Shown one piece after another: positions 1-12,649 of a stretch of DNA of 64,000 nt. A program made the position numbers and the translations under genes. Below the pieces are notes generated by a model. That model saw only the letters and a list, made by a program, of their open reading frames with translations. It was not told the origin of the DNA and searched no databases. The stretch lies in NCBI RefSeq assembly GCF_002854065.1, contig NZ_CP024147.1. One strand, written 5' to 3'. Numbering within the stretch: the first letter of the stretch is position 1; every line of letters begins with the position of its first letter. The stretch comes from Escherichia coli. GTDB taxonomy: Bacteria; Pseudomonadota; Gammaproteobacteria; Enterobacterales; Enterobacteriaceae.

Positions 1-399
1 TTGCTGACCATCTTTAGTTTTCAGCAAACCCTGAATGCCATCCAGATAGTTGGTGTCTTCTTTTTGCTCTTCACTGTTCAGGCCCAGTTTTTCCAGTACC
101 TGATTCTTGATGTTTTCGGCATCGGTTACCGACGCCAGCTTTTGCTTCGCGCAGTATTGCAGAATGCCTGCGGCATTGTTCATGTTATCTGCGCTTAAGG
201 CCTGGTTTCCGCTGCTAAGCAAGTTAGTTAATGACGCGAGCGACCAACCGCCTTCCTGTGTCGTGCTGTTTTGGTTGCCAAGTTCGCTGGCGGCGCTGGA
301 GAGCGCATCTTTCCAGGACGCAGCATGCACCCCGGTGGAAATTAATGCGCTGGCGGCAATGGCACAGCACAGAAGATGTTTAACAGTTTTCATCATCAT
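1..399 (-). CDS. yjjA: DUF2501-type periplasmic protein, partial (3' end lies before window start)
   Basis: Minus-strand ORF begins MMMKTVKHLLCCAIAASALISTGVHAASWKD (signal peptide); sits upstream of dnaC as in E. coli. Confidence 0.6.
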   Translation of the reverse strand, partial: MMMKTVKHLLCCAIAASALISTGVHAASWKDALSSAASELGNQNSTTQEGGWSLASLTNLLSSGNQALSADNMNNAAGILQYCAKQKLASVTDAENIKNQVLEKLGLNSEEQKEDTNYLDGIQGLLKTKDGQQ

Positions 400-444
400 T
401 ACTCAAGGTGGAATTGTGTCGCAGTATACCGCCAGAAACGGGGA

Positions 445-1182
445 TTAATACTCTTTACCTGTTACCCGGCTACGGTAGCTATCCCAGTTGAAGATCACCC
501 ACAAACTGTTACCCAGGCGCATACGGTCCATCACGCGTTCGCCCAGCAACTTGGTCATCTCTTCCATATTACTGTTGGTCAGCATCCCGGTTGGGCGTTT
601 GGAAGAAGAGCGGCGATCGACGATCTGGTTGATGATCACTTTTTCGTATTTCGATTCGGTCTGCACGCCGATCTCATCGATCACCAGCAGATCAACGTTG
701 CTCAGATCGTTAAGCAGTTGTTCTTCACTGGTACCGCTATTCCTGAAGGTATCTTTCATCGCCGACATAATATCGGCCACGGTGATGATCAATACGGATT
801 TACCGCGTAGCAGCAGCTCGTTGCAGATTGCCGCCGCCAGATGGTTTTTGCCGGTTCCTGGCTTACCAGAAAAGATGAAGCTGGCGATGTTGCCGTCAAA
901 CTCTTCGACATACTGGCGCGCTTTGCTTAACGCATTCATCTGCCCTTCACACTCAACGCGATAGTTCTCAAAGGAGCAGTTCTGATGCAGTGGACGAATA
1001 CCGGAGCGGTTAAAGGTGCGCTGCATTTTCATCGCCCGATTTTCACGTTCGAGAGCGGCGGAGCGGATCGCCCCTTGTTCTTTCTGCCAGGCCAGTAACT
1101 CTTCACCCGTTTTGAATGCAGGTTTGATATGGGCAGGCATCATTTTTTGCAGGCGTTGCATCAGGTCGCCAACGTTTTTCAT
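445..1182 (-). CDS. dnaC: DNA replication helicase loader DnaC
   Basis: 245 aa, Walker A GKPGTGKNHLAAAI; recognised sequence; followed by dnaT. Confidence 0.95.
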   Translation of the reverse strand: MKNVGDLMQRLQKMMPAHIKPAFKTGEELLAWQKEQGAIRSAALERENRAMKMQRTFNRSGIRPLHQNCSFENYRVECEGQMNALSKARQYVEEFDGNIASFIFSGKPGTGKNHLAAAICNELLLRGKSVLIITVADIMSAMKDTFRNSGTSEEQLLNDLSNVDLLVIDEIGVQTESKYEKVIINQIVDRRSSSKRPTGMLTNSNMEEMTKLLGERVMDRMRLGNSLWVIFNWDSYRSRVTGKEY

Positions 1183-1184
1183 CG

Positions 1185-1724
1185 TTACCCTCTGAATCCT
1201 GGTGGAATTTGGCTGTCAGGTTCGCTGACCGTATTCACATCTCGTTTCGGCAGTCCGCCGTTGCTGGCACGACCGATTTGCAGGCTGCGCGCCAGTTTTT
1301 GTTGCCACTGCACATGGTGAAAGACTTTACCTTCCGCCTGCCAGTAGGCAATGAATGAGGCCAGTTCTTCGGTGGTCACCGGCTCTCTTAGCGCCACGCC
1401 CCATAGCGCCGCCAGGCGGATAAAGTCGGCATCGGGTTGCCAGTCCGGATACATGGCGAATTTCCCCATGGGGACAGCAACGGGAGCGGCTTGCGGTTCC
1501 TGATAGAGTTGATCGTCCAGAGCGACATCGCTTCCCGGACGCGCCAGCTTTTCTTCCAGCGCCAGCAGTTCAGCCAGGCGTGCAGGCGTGACGGCATAAA
1601 ACGCCGGGGCATTGTTAGCAAATACGGCAACCACACCGCCTTCAGCTTTTGCCAGAACGGTTTGGTGATCGTGTACCAGGGCGTCAATACCAACGACGTC
1701 CGGGGTCAAAACTCTGGAAGACAT
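1185..1724 (-). CDS. dnaT: Primosomal protein DnaT
   Basis: 179 aa from [17 protein letters not shown]; stop overlaps dnaC start region. Confidence 0.9.
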
Positions 1725-1830
1725 ACTGTTTCTCAAATATGGAACGATGAACGAGAAGGGAGATAACTTTTATAGTAACACACGGAGGAGAGGAGGCTGT
1801 CTCTCATCCGTGTGCTTAAGCGAGGCAATT

Positions 1831-3065
<1,235 letters not shown>

Positions 3066-3683
3066 AACTCGCCCTTTGTCATAGACGTGCTGCGTATTGT
3101 TCAGATAATGAGAATCCATTTGTATCATGAAGCACGGTTGTTTTGCGGTAGGTTAAGATCAAAATTGCGCTGATTAATCCTGGTTATCGGGACAAGCTCG
3201 GTGATAAAAAGCGAATTATCTCTCGTCGCAAACAAACTATCACATGAATATTATCACCATAATGAATTTATTGTTTGTCCTTTACGAACCAGAATAATAG
3301 ATAACCGGGCACGTTTTTTAATGTTAACAAGTTAAAATCATCAGATTTCATTGAATAAATATTGGTTGTGTGATTTTTCATTCTGCGGGAAGGGATATCA
3401 TTTAATTATAAATTAAATGAATGTGATTTCTGTTTTTCATTAAGTATTCCTAACAACTTAATGTAGATATTTTAAATGTCTCCAGGCTATTTCACCAGGT
3501 TATCATTTGATGCTAACCTTCTGACACATGCAGTGGAGTTGTTGTGCAGCAGGAGTATGCTGATATGAAAGTGAATGCTAAGGATAATTTATTCGCTTAA
3601 TCTATTAATTTGCTGGAAACATTTAAGGAATGAATATCCTGAATAAACCATCATAATTTTTAGGCAGTGGATGTGGAGGAAAT

Positions 3684-4409
3684 ATGTTGCCAGGATGCTG
3701 CAAAAATGGAATTGTTATCAGTAAAATACCTGTTATGCAAGCAGGGTTAAAAGAGGCCATGAGGACTCACTTCCCTGAATATGAAATAATATCCAGCGCC
3801 TCTGCGGAGGACCTTACCTTATTACAATTACGTCGTTCCGGATTAGTCATTGCTGATTTAGCCGGTGAAAGTGAAGATCCACGTTCTGTTTGTGAACATT
3901 ATTATTCTTTAATCTCACAATATCGGGAAATTCACTGGGTTTTCATGGTGTCACGCTCCTGGTATTCCCAGGCAGTAGAACTGCTCATGTGCCCTACGGC
4001 GACGTTATTGTCTGATGTTGAACCCATTGAGAATCTGGTCAAGACCGTACGTTCCGGCAATACGCACGCAGAGCGTATCAGCGCCATGCTGACCTCCCCG
4101 GCAATGACTGAAACTCATGATTTTAGCTATCGCTCCGTCATTCTCACTCTTTCAGAGCGCAAGGTACTGCGGCTATTAGGTAAAGGATGGGGCATCAACC
4201 AGATAGCTTCATTGCTTAAGAAAAGTAATAAAACTATCAGCGCCCAAAAAAACAGTGCGATGCGTCGACTGGCAATTCACAGCAACGCTGAAATGTATGC
4301 ATGGATAAATAGCGCGCAGGGTGCAAGAGAACTTAACTTGCCTTCTGTTTATGGAGATGCCGCAGAATGGAACACAGCCGAATTAAGAAGAGAAATGTCG
4401 CACTCATAG
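3684..4409 (+). CDS. yjjQ: LuxR-family transcriptional regulator YjjQ
   Basis: 241 aa, C-terminal LuxR-type HTH ([20 protein letters not shown]); AT-rich upstream region. Confidence 0.85.
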   Translation: MLPGCCKNGIVISKIPVMQAGLKEAMRTHFPEYEIISSASAEDLTLLQLRRSGLVIADLAGESEDPRSVCEHYYSLISQYREIHWVFMVSRSWYSQAVELLMCPTATLLSDVEPIENLVKTVRSGNTHAERISAMLTSPAMTETHDFSYRSVILTLSERKVLRLLGKGWGINQIASLLKKSNKTISAQKNSAMRRLAIHSNAEMYAWINSAQGARELNLPSVYGDAAEWNTAELRREMSHS

Positions 4410-5044
4410 AAAAATGCGTCATGAGTAGTATCGGTATTGAGAGTTTATTCAGAAAGTTTGCGGGCACCCCTTATAAGCTCCATACCTATACCAGTCAGGA
4501 GTCATTTCAGGATGCCATGTCGCGGATCTCGTTTGCGGCGGTCATTTTTTCTTTTTCTGCCATGAGAAGTGAGCGCAGAGAGGGATTATCTTGCCTGACT
4601 GAACTGGCGATTAAGTTTCCGCGTACCCGGCGTTTAGTTATTGCGGATGATGATATTGAAGCTCGGCTGATTGGTTCATTGTCGCCATCACCGCTGGACG
4701 GTGTATTAAGTAAAGCGTCAACGCTGGAGATTTTTCATCAGGAACTCTTTTTGTCATTAAATGGTGTACGTCAGGCGACCGACCGACTGAACAATCAGTG
4801 GTACATTAACCAAAGCCGGACGCTAAGCCCGACGGAGAGAGAAATATTGCGCTTTATGTCGCGTGGCTACTCAATGACACAAATTGCCGAGCAGCTTAAA
4901 CGCAATATCAAAACGATCCGCGCGCATAAATTTAATGTGATGTCGAAACTGGGCGTCAGTTCTGATGCAGGATTGTTGGAGGCCGCAGATATTCTGTTAT
5001 GTATGCGGCATTGCGAAGCAAGTAATGTGTTGCATCCCTATTAA
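4367..5044 (+). CDS. bglJ: LuxR-family transcriptional regulator BglJ
   Basis: 225 aa, LuxR HTH ([22 protein letters not shown]); overlaps yjjQ 3' end. Confidence 0.85.
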   Translation: MEHSRIKKRNVALIEKCVMSSIGIESLFRKFAGTPYKLHTYTSQESFQDAMSRISFAAVIFSFSAMRSERREGLSCLTELAIKFPRTRRLVIADDDIEARLIGSLSPSPLDGVLSKASTLEIFHQELFLSLNGVRQATDRLNNQWYINQSRTLSPTEREILRFMSRGYSMTQIAEQLKRNIKTIRAHKFNVMSKLGVSSDAGLLEAADILLCMRHCEASNVLHPY

Positions 5045-5081
5045 TCCGCATGATGCCGGGTTTACTTCCCCGGCAGTGCTT

Positions 5082-5870
5082 TCATTTCAGCGTACAATCG
5101 CCACATTGCTGCACATCCGGTAAGCGATAACGCTGGCAGCAAGTGCGGCGCACCAGCAGGCCGTCGCGCAGTACCACGGTACGCCAGAGTGGATTATCTT
5201 CACCGTTCGTGAGCGTTTTCTCAAAAAAGATGGCATGGCGCAGCGATTCAACCGTCGCCTCGCCGAGCAGTTGCTTCATCTCAGTGAGATACCAGTTGAT
5301 CAAATAACCGGTATTACTCCAGATAAGTTTGCCGTTGATCTCTCCGGTCGCTTCTAGTGCCTGCACAACCGGAACCAGCGCCTGGCTGATTAACGTTTCC
5401 ATTCGCTGCTGCGGCGAATGTGGTGTTGCGTTTTTATCTTCACACACATCGACCCAGAAACAGGCGGCACGGCCGGTTTCGTGAAACTCAGCATGGAAAT
5501 GTTCCGGCGACACATCTAATGCTTTTTCCTGCGTCAGTAGCGCCAGCATTAATGGTGGCACCATCAGGCCGATATACCATTGTGCCCATAGTGAGATCAG
5601 CGGTTTGTTCTCGCGGATCATCGTTGGTTGGTTGCGATAGATATGATCGGAATAGACCGCGAGTAGAGAACTTAGCGCATTCGGTGATGACCATTGCGCC
5701 AGCGTCATGGCGTTAAGCGGAGCGGGTTCATCCAGGCGGATAAACTCCAGCAAATGTTCACGATGTTCGGCGATCGTCGCACGTACGGCTTGTGCAAGCC
5801 CAGCATCCTGTGGCTGGAGATGCGTTCGCCAGATGATATCTTCATAGAGCGGTGCGGAACGATAGGCCAT
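5082..5870 (-). CDS. fhuF: Ferric-siderophore reductase FhuF (2Fe-2S)
   Basis: 262 aa; C-terminal Cys cluster CCQRYRLPDVQQCGDC. Confidence 0.9.
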   Translation of the reverse strand: MAYRSAPLYEDIIWRTHLQPQDAGLAQAVRATIAEHREHLLEFIRLDEPAPLNAMTLAQWSSPNALSSLLAVYSDHIYRNQPTMIRENKPLISLWAQWYIGLMVPPLMLALLTQEKALDVSPEHFHAEFHETGRAACFWVDVCEDKNATPHSPQQRMETLISQALVPVVQALEATGEINGKLIWSNTGYLINWYLTEMKQLLGEATVESLRHAIFFEKTLTNGEDNPLWRTVVLRDGLLVRRTCCQRYRLPDVQQCGDCTLK

Positions 5871-6010
5871 AATCGTGATAGTAATCTAAATGATAATGAT
5901 TGCTAATCCTAGCGATAGGTTTACCCGATAGCAAGGGATTTCTCTGGCTTGCAAATGATAAAAATTATCATATGATATCGGTTATCATTATCAATGAAAG
6001 AGATGAAACC

Positions 6011-6247
6011 ATGTTGCAACGTACGCTGGGCAGTGGCTGGGGAGTGTTGCTGCCGGGATTGCTGATTGCAGGGCTGATGTATGCGGATTTATCGCCGGAT
6101 CAGTGGCGGATTGTCATTCTGATGGGATTGATATTGACGCCGGTGATGCTGTATCACAAACAGTTACGGCATTACATTTTGCTACCATCGTGCCTGGCGC
6201 TTAGTGCTGGCATCATGCTGATGCTAATGAATTTGAATCAGGGATGA
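6011..6247 (+). CDS. yjjZ: Small membrane protein YjjZ
   Basis: 78 aa from MLQRTLGSGWGVLLPGLL; the track ORF extends upstream to 5900 but the shorter form matches the protein I recall. Confidence 0.6.
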   Translation: MLQRTLGSGWGVLLPGLLIAGLMYADLSPDQWRIVILMGLILTPVMLYHKQLRHYILLPSCLALSAGIMLMLMNLNQG

Positions 6248-6285
6248 AAAATCAAGGAAGAAACAAGAAAGGAAGTAAAGATAAT

Positions 6286-6372
6286 TGGTGCGAGGGGGGG
6301 GACTTGAACCCCCACGTCCGTAAGGACACTAACACCTGAAGCTAGCGCGTCTACCAATTCCGCCACCTTCGC
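6286..6372 (-). tRNA. leuV: tRNA-Leu (CAG)
   Basis: 87 nt; reverse complement matches GCGAAGGTGGCGGAATTGGTAGACGCG...CCCCCCCCTCGCACCA, CCA encoded. Confidence 0.95.
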
Positions 6373-6405
6373 ACAGTCATCTTACTTTTTTGATATCGCC
6401 TCGTT

Positions 6406-6492
6406 TGGTGCGAGGGGGGGGACTTGAACCCCCACGTCCGTAAGAACACTAACACCTGAAGCTAGCGCGTCTACCAATTCCGCCACCTTCGC
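6406..6492 (-). tRNA. leuP: tRNA-Leu (CAG), one-base variant in the variable region
   Basis: 87 nt; same as flanking copies except gtaagAacact vs gtaagGacact. Confidence 0.93.
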
Positions 6493-6520
6493 CCAGTGCG
6501 AGCAATATCAACGTGGTTTT

Positions 6521-6607
6521 TGGTGCGAGGGGGGGGACTTGAACCCCCACGTCCGTAAGGACACTAACACCTGAAGCTAGCGCGTCTACCAATTCCGCCA
6601 CCTTCGC
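6521..6607 (-). tRNA. leuQ: tRNA-Leu (CAG)
   Basis: 87 nt; third tandem copy, spacers about 33 and 28 bp. Confidence 0.95.
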
Positions 6608-6742
6608 ATACCATCAATTCTTAAAAAGAATTGCTACCACGGAGGCGCATTCTAGTGGTTTTCAGCTTTTCGTCAATAGTTAATTATCGCCGGAGGTGTA
6701 ATTGCTGGAAAAATGGCCATCAGCGGATTGTGGATAATTCGT

Positions 6743-6893
<151 letters not shown>

Positions 6894-6907
6894 TTGCGGC
6901 GGGATAC

Positions 6908-7939
6908 TTAACCTTTCTTCGCCTGGCGGGTCATAATGGCGCGATACACCTTGAAGCGCCCGGTTTGCGCGATAACTTCATGGAAGCCAAATGTCTCATC
7001 CAGCACGTCCGGATAAGGCAGGAAGGCGTTCGCTACAATTCGCAGCTCGCCGCCGCTATTAAGATGACGCACAGCACCGCGAATCAGCGTTTGCGCCGCA
7101 TCCAGGCTGGTTTGCATCCCATCGTGGAACGGCGGGTTGGAGATGATCATATCAAAACGACCTTTCACCTCGGAAAAGACGTTGCTGGCAAAGACTTCAC
7201 CTTCAACACCGTTGGCTGCAAGCGTCGCGCGGCTGGCTTCTACCGCCGGGGCAGAGACATCGCACAAGGTGAGACGGATTTTCGGCGAATGGCGCGCAAA
7301 GGCAACTGAAAGCACACCCGCGCCACAGCCGACATCCAGCACTTTACCTTTCGTGTGCGGAGTTAACGTCGAGAGCAGCAACTGGCTACCGACATCCAGA
7401 CCGTCGCGGCTAAACACGCCAGGCAGCGTTTTGACCGTCAGGCCATCGACGCTGTATTCGCCCCAGAATTTATCGGCATCAAATACCGGCTGTTTTTCCA
7501 GACGACCAAAATAGAGGCCACAGCGACGAGCGCTGTCGACTTTATTCAACGGCGCATAATCTGCCAGCATCTGCTCGGCGCTGCGCACGCCGCTGCGGTT
7601 CTCGCCAACGACAAAAATATCTGTCCCCACTGGCAGCAGAGAAAGTAAATTCATCAACTGGAACTGGGCTTCCGGTTTGTTCTTCGGCCAGTAGTAAATC
7701 AGCGTATCGCAATCTGCGACGTCATCCGCCGTGGCGACCAGACTAAAACGGGCGTTATCCCCCATCTGGCGGCTTAACACCTGCCAGTGGTGGAATTGCT
7801 GGGTATGAGCACGGCTGGCCGCGGTATCTAAACGCGCGGGCAGGTCATCCTGTAAGTCTCCGGCAAACAGAATACGGCTTTGTTCGAAATCATCACTGTG
7901 ACGCAGCAAGACTTCACTTGCCGGGGTAAATGCAGACAT
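6908..7939 (-). CDS. rsmC: 16S rRNA m2G1207 methyltransferase RsmC
   Basis: 343 aa; SAM-MTase motif [11 protein letters not shown]; synteny with holD. Confidence 0.9.
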   Translation of the reverse strand: MSAFTPASEVLLRHSDDFEQSRILFAGDLQDDLPARLDTAASRAHTQQFHHWQVLSRQMGDNARFSLVATADDVADCDTLIYYWPKNKPEAQFQLMNLLSLLPVGTDIFVVGENRSGVRSAEQMLADYAPLNKVDSARRCGLYFGRLEKQPVFDADKFWGEYSVDGLTVKTLPGVFSRDGLDVGSQLLLSTLTPHTKGKVLDVGCGAGVLSVAFARHSPKIRLTLCDVSAPAVEASRATLAANGVEGEVFASNVFSEVKGRFDMIISNPPFHDGMQTSLDAAQTLIRGAVRHLNSGGELRIVANAFLPYPDVLDETFGFHEVIAQTGRFKVYRAIMTRQAKKG

Positions 7940-8041
7940 GGAATGCTCCTCAATTGATACTGGCGGCGATTATAGCCATATGTTGGCGCGGTATCGACGA
8001 ATTTGCTATATTTGCGCCCCTGACAACAGGAGCGATTCGCT

Positions 8042-8455
8042 ATGACATCCCGACGAGACTGGCAGTTACAGCAACTGGGCATTACCCAGTGGTCGCTGCG
8101 TCGCCCTGGCGCGTTGCAGGGGGAGATTGCCATTGCGATCCCGGCACACGTCCGTCTGGTGATGGTGGCAAACGATCTTCCCGCCCTGACTGATCCTTTA
8201 GTGAGCGATGTTCTGCGCGCATTAACCGTCAGCCCCGACCAGGTGCTGCAACTGACGCCAGAAAAAATCGCGATGCTGCCGCAAGGCAGTCGCTGCAACA
8301 GCTGGCGGTTGGGTACTGACGAACCGCTATCACTGGAAGGCGCTCAGGTGGCATCACCGGCGCTCACCGAATTACGGGCAAACCCAACGGCACGCGCCGC
8401 GTTATGGCAACAGATTTGCACATATGAACACGATTTCTTCCCTCGAAACGACTGA
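8042..8455 (+). CDS. holD: DNA polymerase III psi subunit
   Basis: 137 aa MTSRRDWQLQQLGITQW; overlaps rimI start. Confidence 0.92.
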   Translation: MTSRRDWQLQQLGITQWSLRRPGALQGEIAIAIPAHVRLVMVANDLPALTDPLVSDVLRALTVSPDQVLQLTPEKIAMLPQGSRCNSWRLGTDEPLSLEGAQVASPALTELRANPTARAALWQQICTYEHDFFPRND

Positions 8456-8870
8456 TTTACCGGCGGCTTACCACATTGAACAACGCGCCCACGCCTTTCC
8501 GTGGAGTGAAAAAACCTTTGCCAGCAACCAGGGCGAGCGTTATCTCAACTTTCAGTTAACGCAAAACGGCAAAATGGCGGCGTTTGCGATTACGCAAGTG
8601 GTGCTGGATGAAGCTACATTGTTCAATATTGCGGTCGATCCCGACTATCAGCGTCAGGGATTGGGAAGGGCGCTGCTGGAACATCTGATCGACGAACTGG
8701 AAAAACGCGGTGTGGCGACGCTATGGCTGGAAGTCCGTGCCTCAAACGCTGCCGCCATTGCCCTGTACGAAAGTTTAGGCTTTAACGAGGCGACGATTCG
8801 CCGCAATTACTACCCCACCACGGACGGTCGCGAAGACGCCATCATCATGGCGTTGCCAATCAGTATGTAA
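8424..8870 (+). CDS. rimI: Ribosomal protein S18 alanine N-acetyltransferase
   Basis: 148 aa GNAT fold ([13 protein letters not shown]). Confidence 0.92.
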
Positions 8871-8884
8871 TACAAGGTGGAATA

Positions 8885-9562
8885 ATGAAGTGGGACTGGA
8901 TTTTCTTTGATGCCGATGAAACGCTGTTTACCTTTGACTCATTCACCGGCCTGCAGCGGATGTTTCTTGATTACAGCGTCACCTTTACCGCTGAAGATTT
9001 TCAGGACTATCAGGCCGTTAACAAGCCACTGTGGGTGGATTATCAAAACGGCGCGATCACTTCATTACAGCTTCAGCACGGGCGGTTTGAGAGCTGGGCC
9101 GAACGGCTGAACGTCGAGCCGGGTAAACTCAACGAAGCCTTTATTAATGCGATGGCGGAAATCTGTACGCCGCTGCCGGGCGCGGTTTCTCTGCTTAACG
9201 CCATTCGTGGCAACGCCAAAATCGGCATCATCACCAACGGCTTTAGCGCCTTGCAGCAAGTGCGTCTGGAACGTACGGGCCTGCGTGATTACTTCGATTT
9301 GCTGGTGATTTCCGAAGAAGTTGGCGTTGCTAAACCGAATAAGAAAATTTTCGATTATGCGCTGGAACAGGCGGGCAATCCTGACCGTTCACGCGTGCTG
9401 ATGGTTGGCGACACTGCTGAGTCCGATATTCTCGGTGGCATCAACGCCGGGCTTGCGACCTGCTGGCTGAATGCGCACCATCGCGAGCAACCAGAAGGCA
9501 TCGCGCCCACCTGGACCGTTTCATCGTTGCACGAACTGGAGCAGCTCCTGTGTAAACACTGA
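8885..9562 (+). CDS. yjjG: HAD-family pyrimidine 5'-nucleotidase YjjG
   Basis: 225 aa; HAD motif [10 protein letters not shown]. Confidence 0.9.
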
Positions 9563-9652
9563 TTGCCTCCCCCCCGTTGATGGGTAAAATAGCCGCAATT
9601 TTTCGTTTTCAACAAGCGCGGCGCGATGCCGCTTACTCAAGAAGAAAGAATT

Positions 9653-11242
9653 ATGACGTTGTCTCCTTATTTGCAAGAGGTGGCGAAGCGCCGCACTTTT
9701 GCCATTATTTCTCACCCGGACGCCGGTAAGACTACCATCACCGAGAAGGTGCTGCTGTTCGGACAGGCCATTCAGACCGCCGGTACAGTAAAAGGCCGTG
9801 GTTCCAACCAGCACGCTAAGTCGGACTGGATGGAGATGGAAAAGCAGCGTGGGATCTCCATTACTACGTCTGTGATGCAGTTTCCGTATCACGATTGCCT
9901 GGTTAACCTGCTCGACACCCCGGGGCACGAAGACTTCTCGGAAGATACCTATCGTACCCTGACGGCGGTGGACTGCTGCCTGATGGTTATCGACGCCGCA
10001 AAAGGTGTTGAAGATCGTACCCGTAAGCTGATGGAAGTTACCCGTCTGCGCGACACGCCGATCCTCACCTTTATGAACAAACTTGACCGTGATATCCGCG
10101 ACCCGATGGAACTGCTCGATGAAGTTGAGAACGAGCTGAAAATCGGCTGCGCACCGATCACCTGGCCGATTGGCTGCGGCAAGCTGTTTAAAGGCGTTTA
10201 CCACCTTTATAAAGACGAAACCTATCTCTATCAGAGCGGTAAAGGCCACACGATTCAGGAAGTCCGTATTGTTAAAGGGCTGAATAACCCGGATCTCGAC
10301 GCTGCGGTTGGTGAAGATCTGGCACAGCAGCTACGTGACGAACTGGAACTGGTGAAAGGCGCGTCTAACGAGTTCGACAAAGAATTGTTCCTTGCGGGCG
10401 AAATCACTCCGGTATTCTTCGGTACTGCGCTGGGTAACTTCGGCGTTGATCATATGCTGGATGGCCTGGTGGAGTGGGCCCCTGCGCCGATGCCGCGTCA
10501 GACTGATACCCGTACCGTAGAGGCGAGCGAAGACAAATTTACCGGCTTCGTATTTAAAATTCAGGCCAACATGGACCCGAAACACCGCGACCGCGTGGCG
10601 TTTATGCGCGTAGTATCCGGTAAATATGAAAAAGGCATGAAGCTGCGCCAGGTGCGTACTGCGAAAGATGTGGTTATCTCCGACGCGCTGACCTTTATGG
10701 CGGGCGACCGTTCGCACGTTGAAGAAGCGTATCCGGGCGATATCCTCGGCCTGCACAACCACGGCACTATTCAGATCGGCGACACCTTTACCCAGGGTGA
10801 GATGATGAAGTTCACCGGTATTCCGAACTTCGCACCAGAACTGTTCCGTCGTATCCGCCTGAAAGATCCGCTGAAGCAAAAACAGCTGCTCAAAGGGCTG
10901 GTACAGCTTTCCGAAGAGGGCGCGGTGCAGGTGTTCCGTCCGATCTCCAACAACGATTTGATCGTTGGTGCTGTTGGTGTGCTGCAGTTTGATGTGGTGG
11001 TATCGCGCCTGAAGAGCGAATACAACGTTGAAGCAGTATATGAATCAGTCAACGTTGCCACTGCCCGCTGGGTAGAATGTGCGGACGCGAAGAAATTCGA
11101 AGAGTTCAAGCGTAAGAACGAAAGCCAACTGGCGCTTGATGGCGGCGATAACCTCGCTTACATCGCTACCAGCATGGTCAACCTGCGCCTGGCGCAGGAA
11201 CGTTATCCCGACGTTCAGTTCCACCAGACCCGCGAGCATTAA
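9653..11242 (+). CDS. prfC: Peptide chain release factor 3 (GTPase)
   Basis: 529 aa from [29 protein letters not shown]-domain motifs. Confidence 0.95.
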
Positions 11243-11634
11243 TTCTTGCCTCCAGGGCGCGGTAGCCGCTGCGCCCTGTCAATTTCCCTTCCTTATTAGC
11301 CGCTTACGGAATGTTCTTAAAACATTCACTTTTGCTTATGTTTTCGCTGATATCCCGAGCGGTTTCAAAATTGTGATCTATATTTAACAAAGTAATGACA
11401 TTTCTGACGGCGTTAAATACCGTTCAATGCGTAGATATCAGTATCTAAAGCCGTCGATTGTCATTCTACCGATATTAATAACTGATTCAGAGGCTGTAAT
11501 GGTCGTTATTCATCACCCATCGCTTTTGTGATGGCGACCATTGACTTCTGTAGAGGGTGAAGTCTCTCCCTATTCAGCAATGCAACCTCGTGTTGCCAGG
11601 CTCAAATTACGAGCAAACATACAGGAATAAATCG

Positions 11635-12240
11635 ATGACTATGACAAGACTGAAGATTTCGAAAACTCTGCTGGCTGTAATGTTGACCTCTGCCGTCGCG
11701 ACCGGCTCTGCCTACGCGGAAAACAACGCACAGACTACCAATGAAAGCGCAGGGCAAAAAGTCGATAGCTCTATGAATAAAGTCGGTAATTTCATGGATG
11801 ACAGCGCCATCACCGCGAAAGTGAAGGCGGCCCTGGTGGATCATGACAACATCAAGAGCACCGATATCTCTGTAAAAACCGATCAAAAAGTCGTGACCCT
11901 GAGCGGTTTCGTTGAAAGCCAGGCTCAGGCCGAAGAGGCAGTGAAAGTGGCGAAAGGCGTTGAAGGGGTGACCTCTGTCAGCGACAAACTGCACGTTCGC
12001 GACGCTAAAGAAGGCTCGGTGAAGGGCTACGCGGGTGACACCGCCACCACCAGTGAAATCAAAGCCAAACTGCTGGCGGACGATATCGTCCCTTCCCGTC
12101 ATGTGAAAGTTGAAACCACCGATGGCGTGGTTCAGCTCTCCGGTACCGTAGATTCTCAGGCACAAAGTGACCGTGCTGAAAGTATCGCCAAAGCGGTAGA
12201 TGGTGTGAAAAGCGTTAAAAATGATCTGAAAACTAAGTAA
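11635..12240 (+). CDS. osmY: Osmotically inducible periplasmic protein OsmY (two BON domains)
   Basis: 201 aa from [28 protein letters not shown]. Confidence 0.93.
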
Positions 12241-12366
12241 TTCGTCGTAATTCGTCCTCCCGAACTTTGTCGGGAGGCGCGATGTGCACCACACTAAAAA
12301 TATCGCATTGAGTGATTTTCACGCTCATATCAAGCGGTGACATTAACTATGGTAAAGGAGACGCTT

Positions 12367-12528
12367 ATGTTTCGTTGGGGCATCATATTTCTGGTTATCG
12401 CGTTAATCGCCGCCGCACTTGGGTTTGGTGGTCTGGCCGGTACCGCTGCAGGCGCAGCTAAAATTGTCTTTGTCGTCGGGATTATTCTGTTCCTGGTGAG
12501 TTTGTTCATGGGCCGAAAACGACCCTAG
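12367..12528 (+). CDS. ytjA: Small membrane protein YtjA (DUF1328)
   Basis: 53 aa [25 protein letters not shown]; start chosen at the internal Met of the 63-aa ORF. Confidence 0.7.
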
Positions 12529-12649
12529 ATTTCAGACCATTAAGAAAATTTTATCCAAAGCCAGTCCAGCGGACTGGCTTTTGCGGTTTTAGCGAATAAT
12601 AAATTGCGTTACTTTGTCATTCTTTCACAACAAAAACAGGAAGGCAGAG

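Noticed and set aside
3129-3683. Long AT-rich non-coding stretch upstream of yjjQ as a possible foreign insert or small-RNA locus
   Set aside because: Its position and composition fit the known silenced divergent yjjP/yjjQ-bglJ control region; I see no ORF, repeat or hairpin pattern pointing to anything else.
5900-6010. Longer 115-aa version of yjjZ starting at 5900
   Set aside because: The upstream extension has no obvious SD and the 78-aa form from MLQRTLGSGWGV matches the protein I recall; start left at 6011 with reduced confidence.
6291-6300. G8 homopolymer runs (gagggggggg) as possible slippage or phase-variation tracts
   Set aside because: They are the acceptor/T-arm of the tRNA-Leu genes and are identical in all three copies.
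9521-10879. Minus-strand ORFs of 242 and 182 aa inside prfC
   Set aside because: They lie antisense to a highly conserved gene, have low-complexity translations and no SD; the same applies to antisense ORFs opposite osmY, deoC, deoA, deoB, deoD, lplA, serB, ettA, arcA, thrA, thrC, yaaJ, talB, satP and dnaJ.
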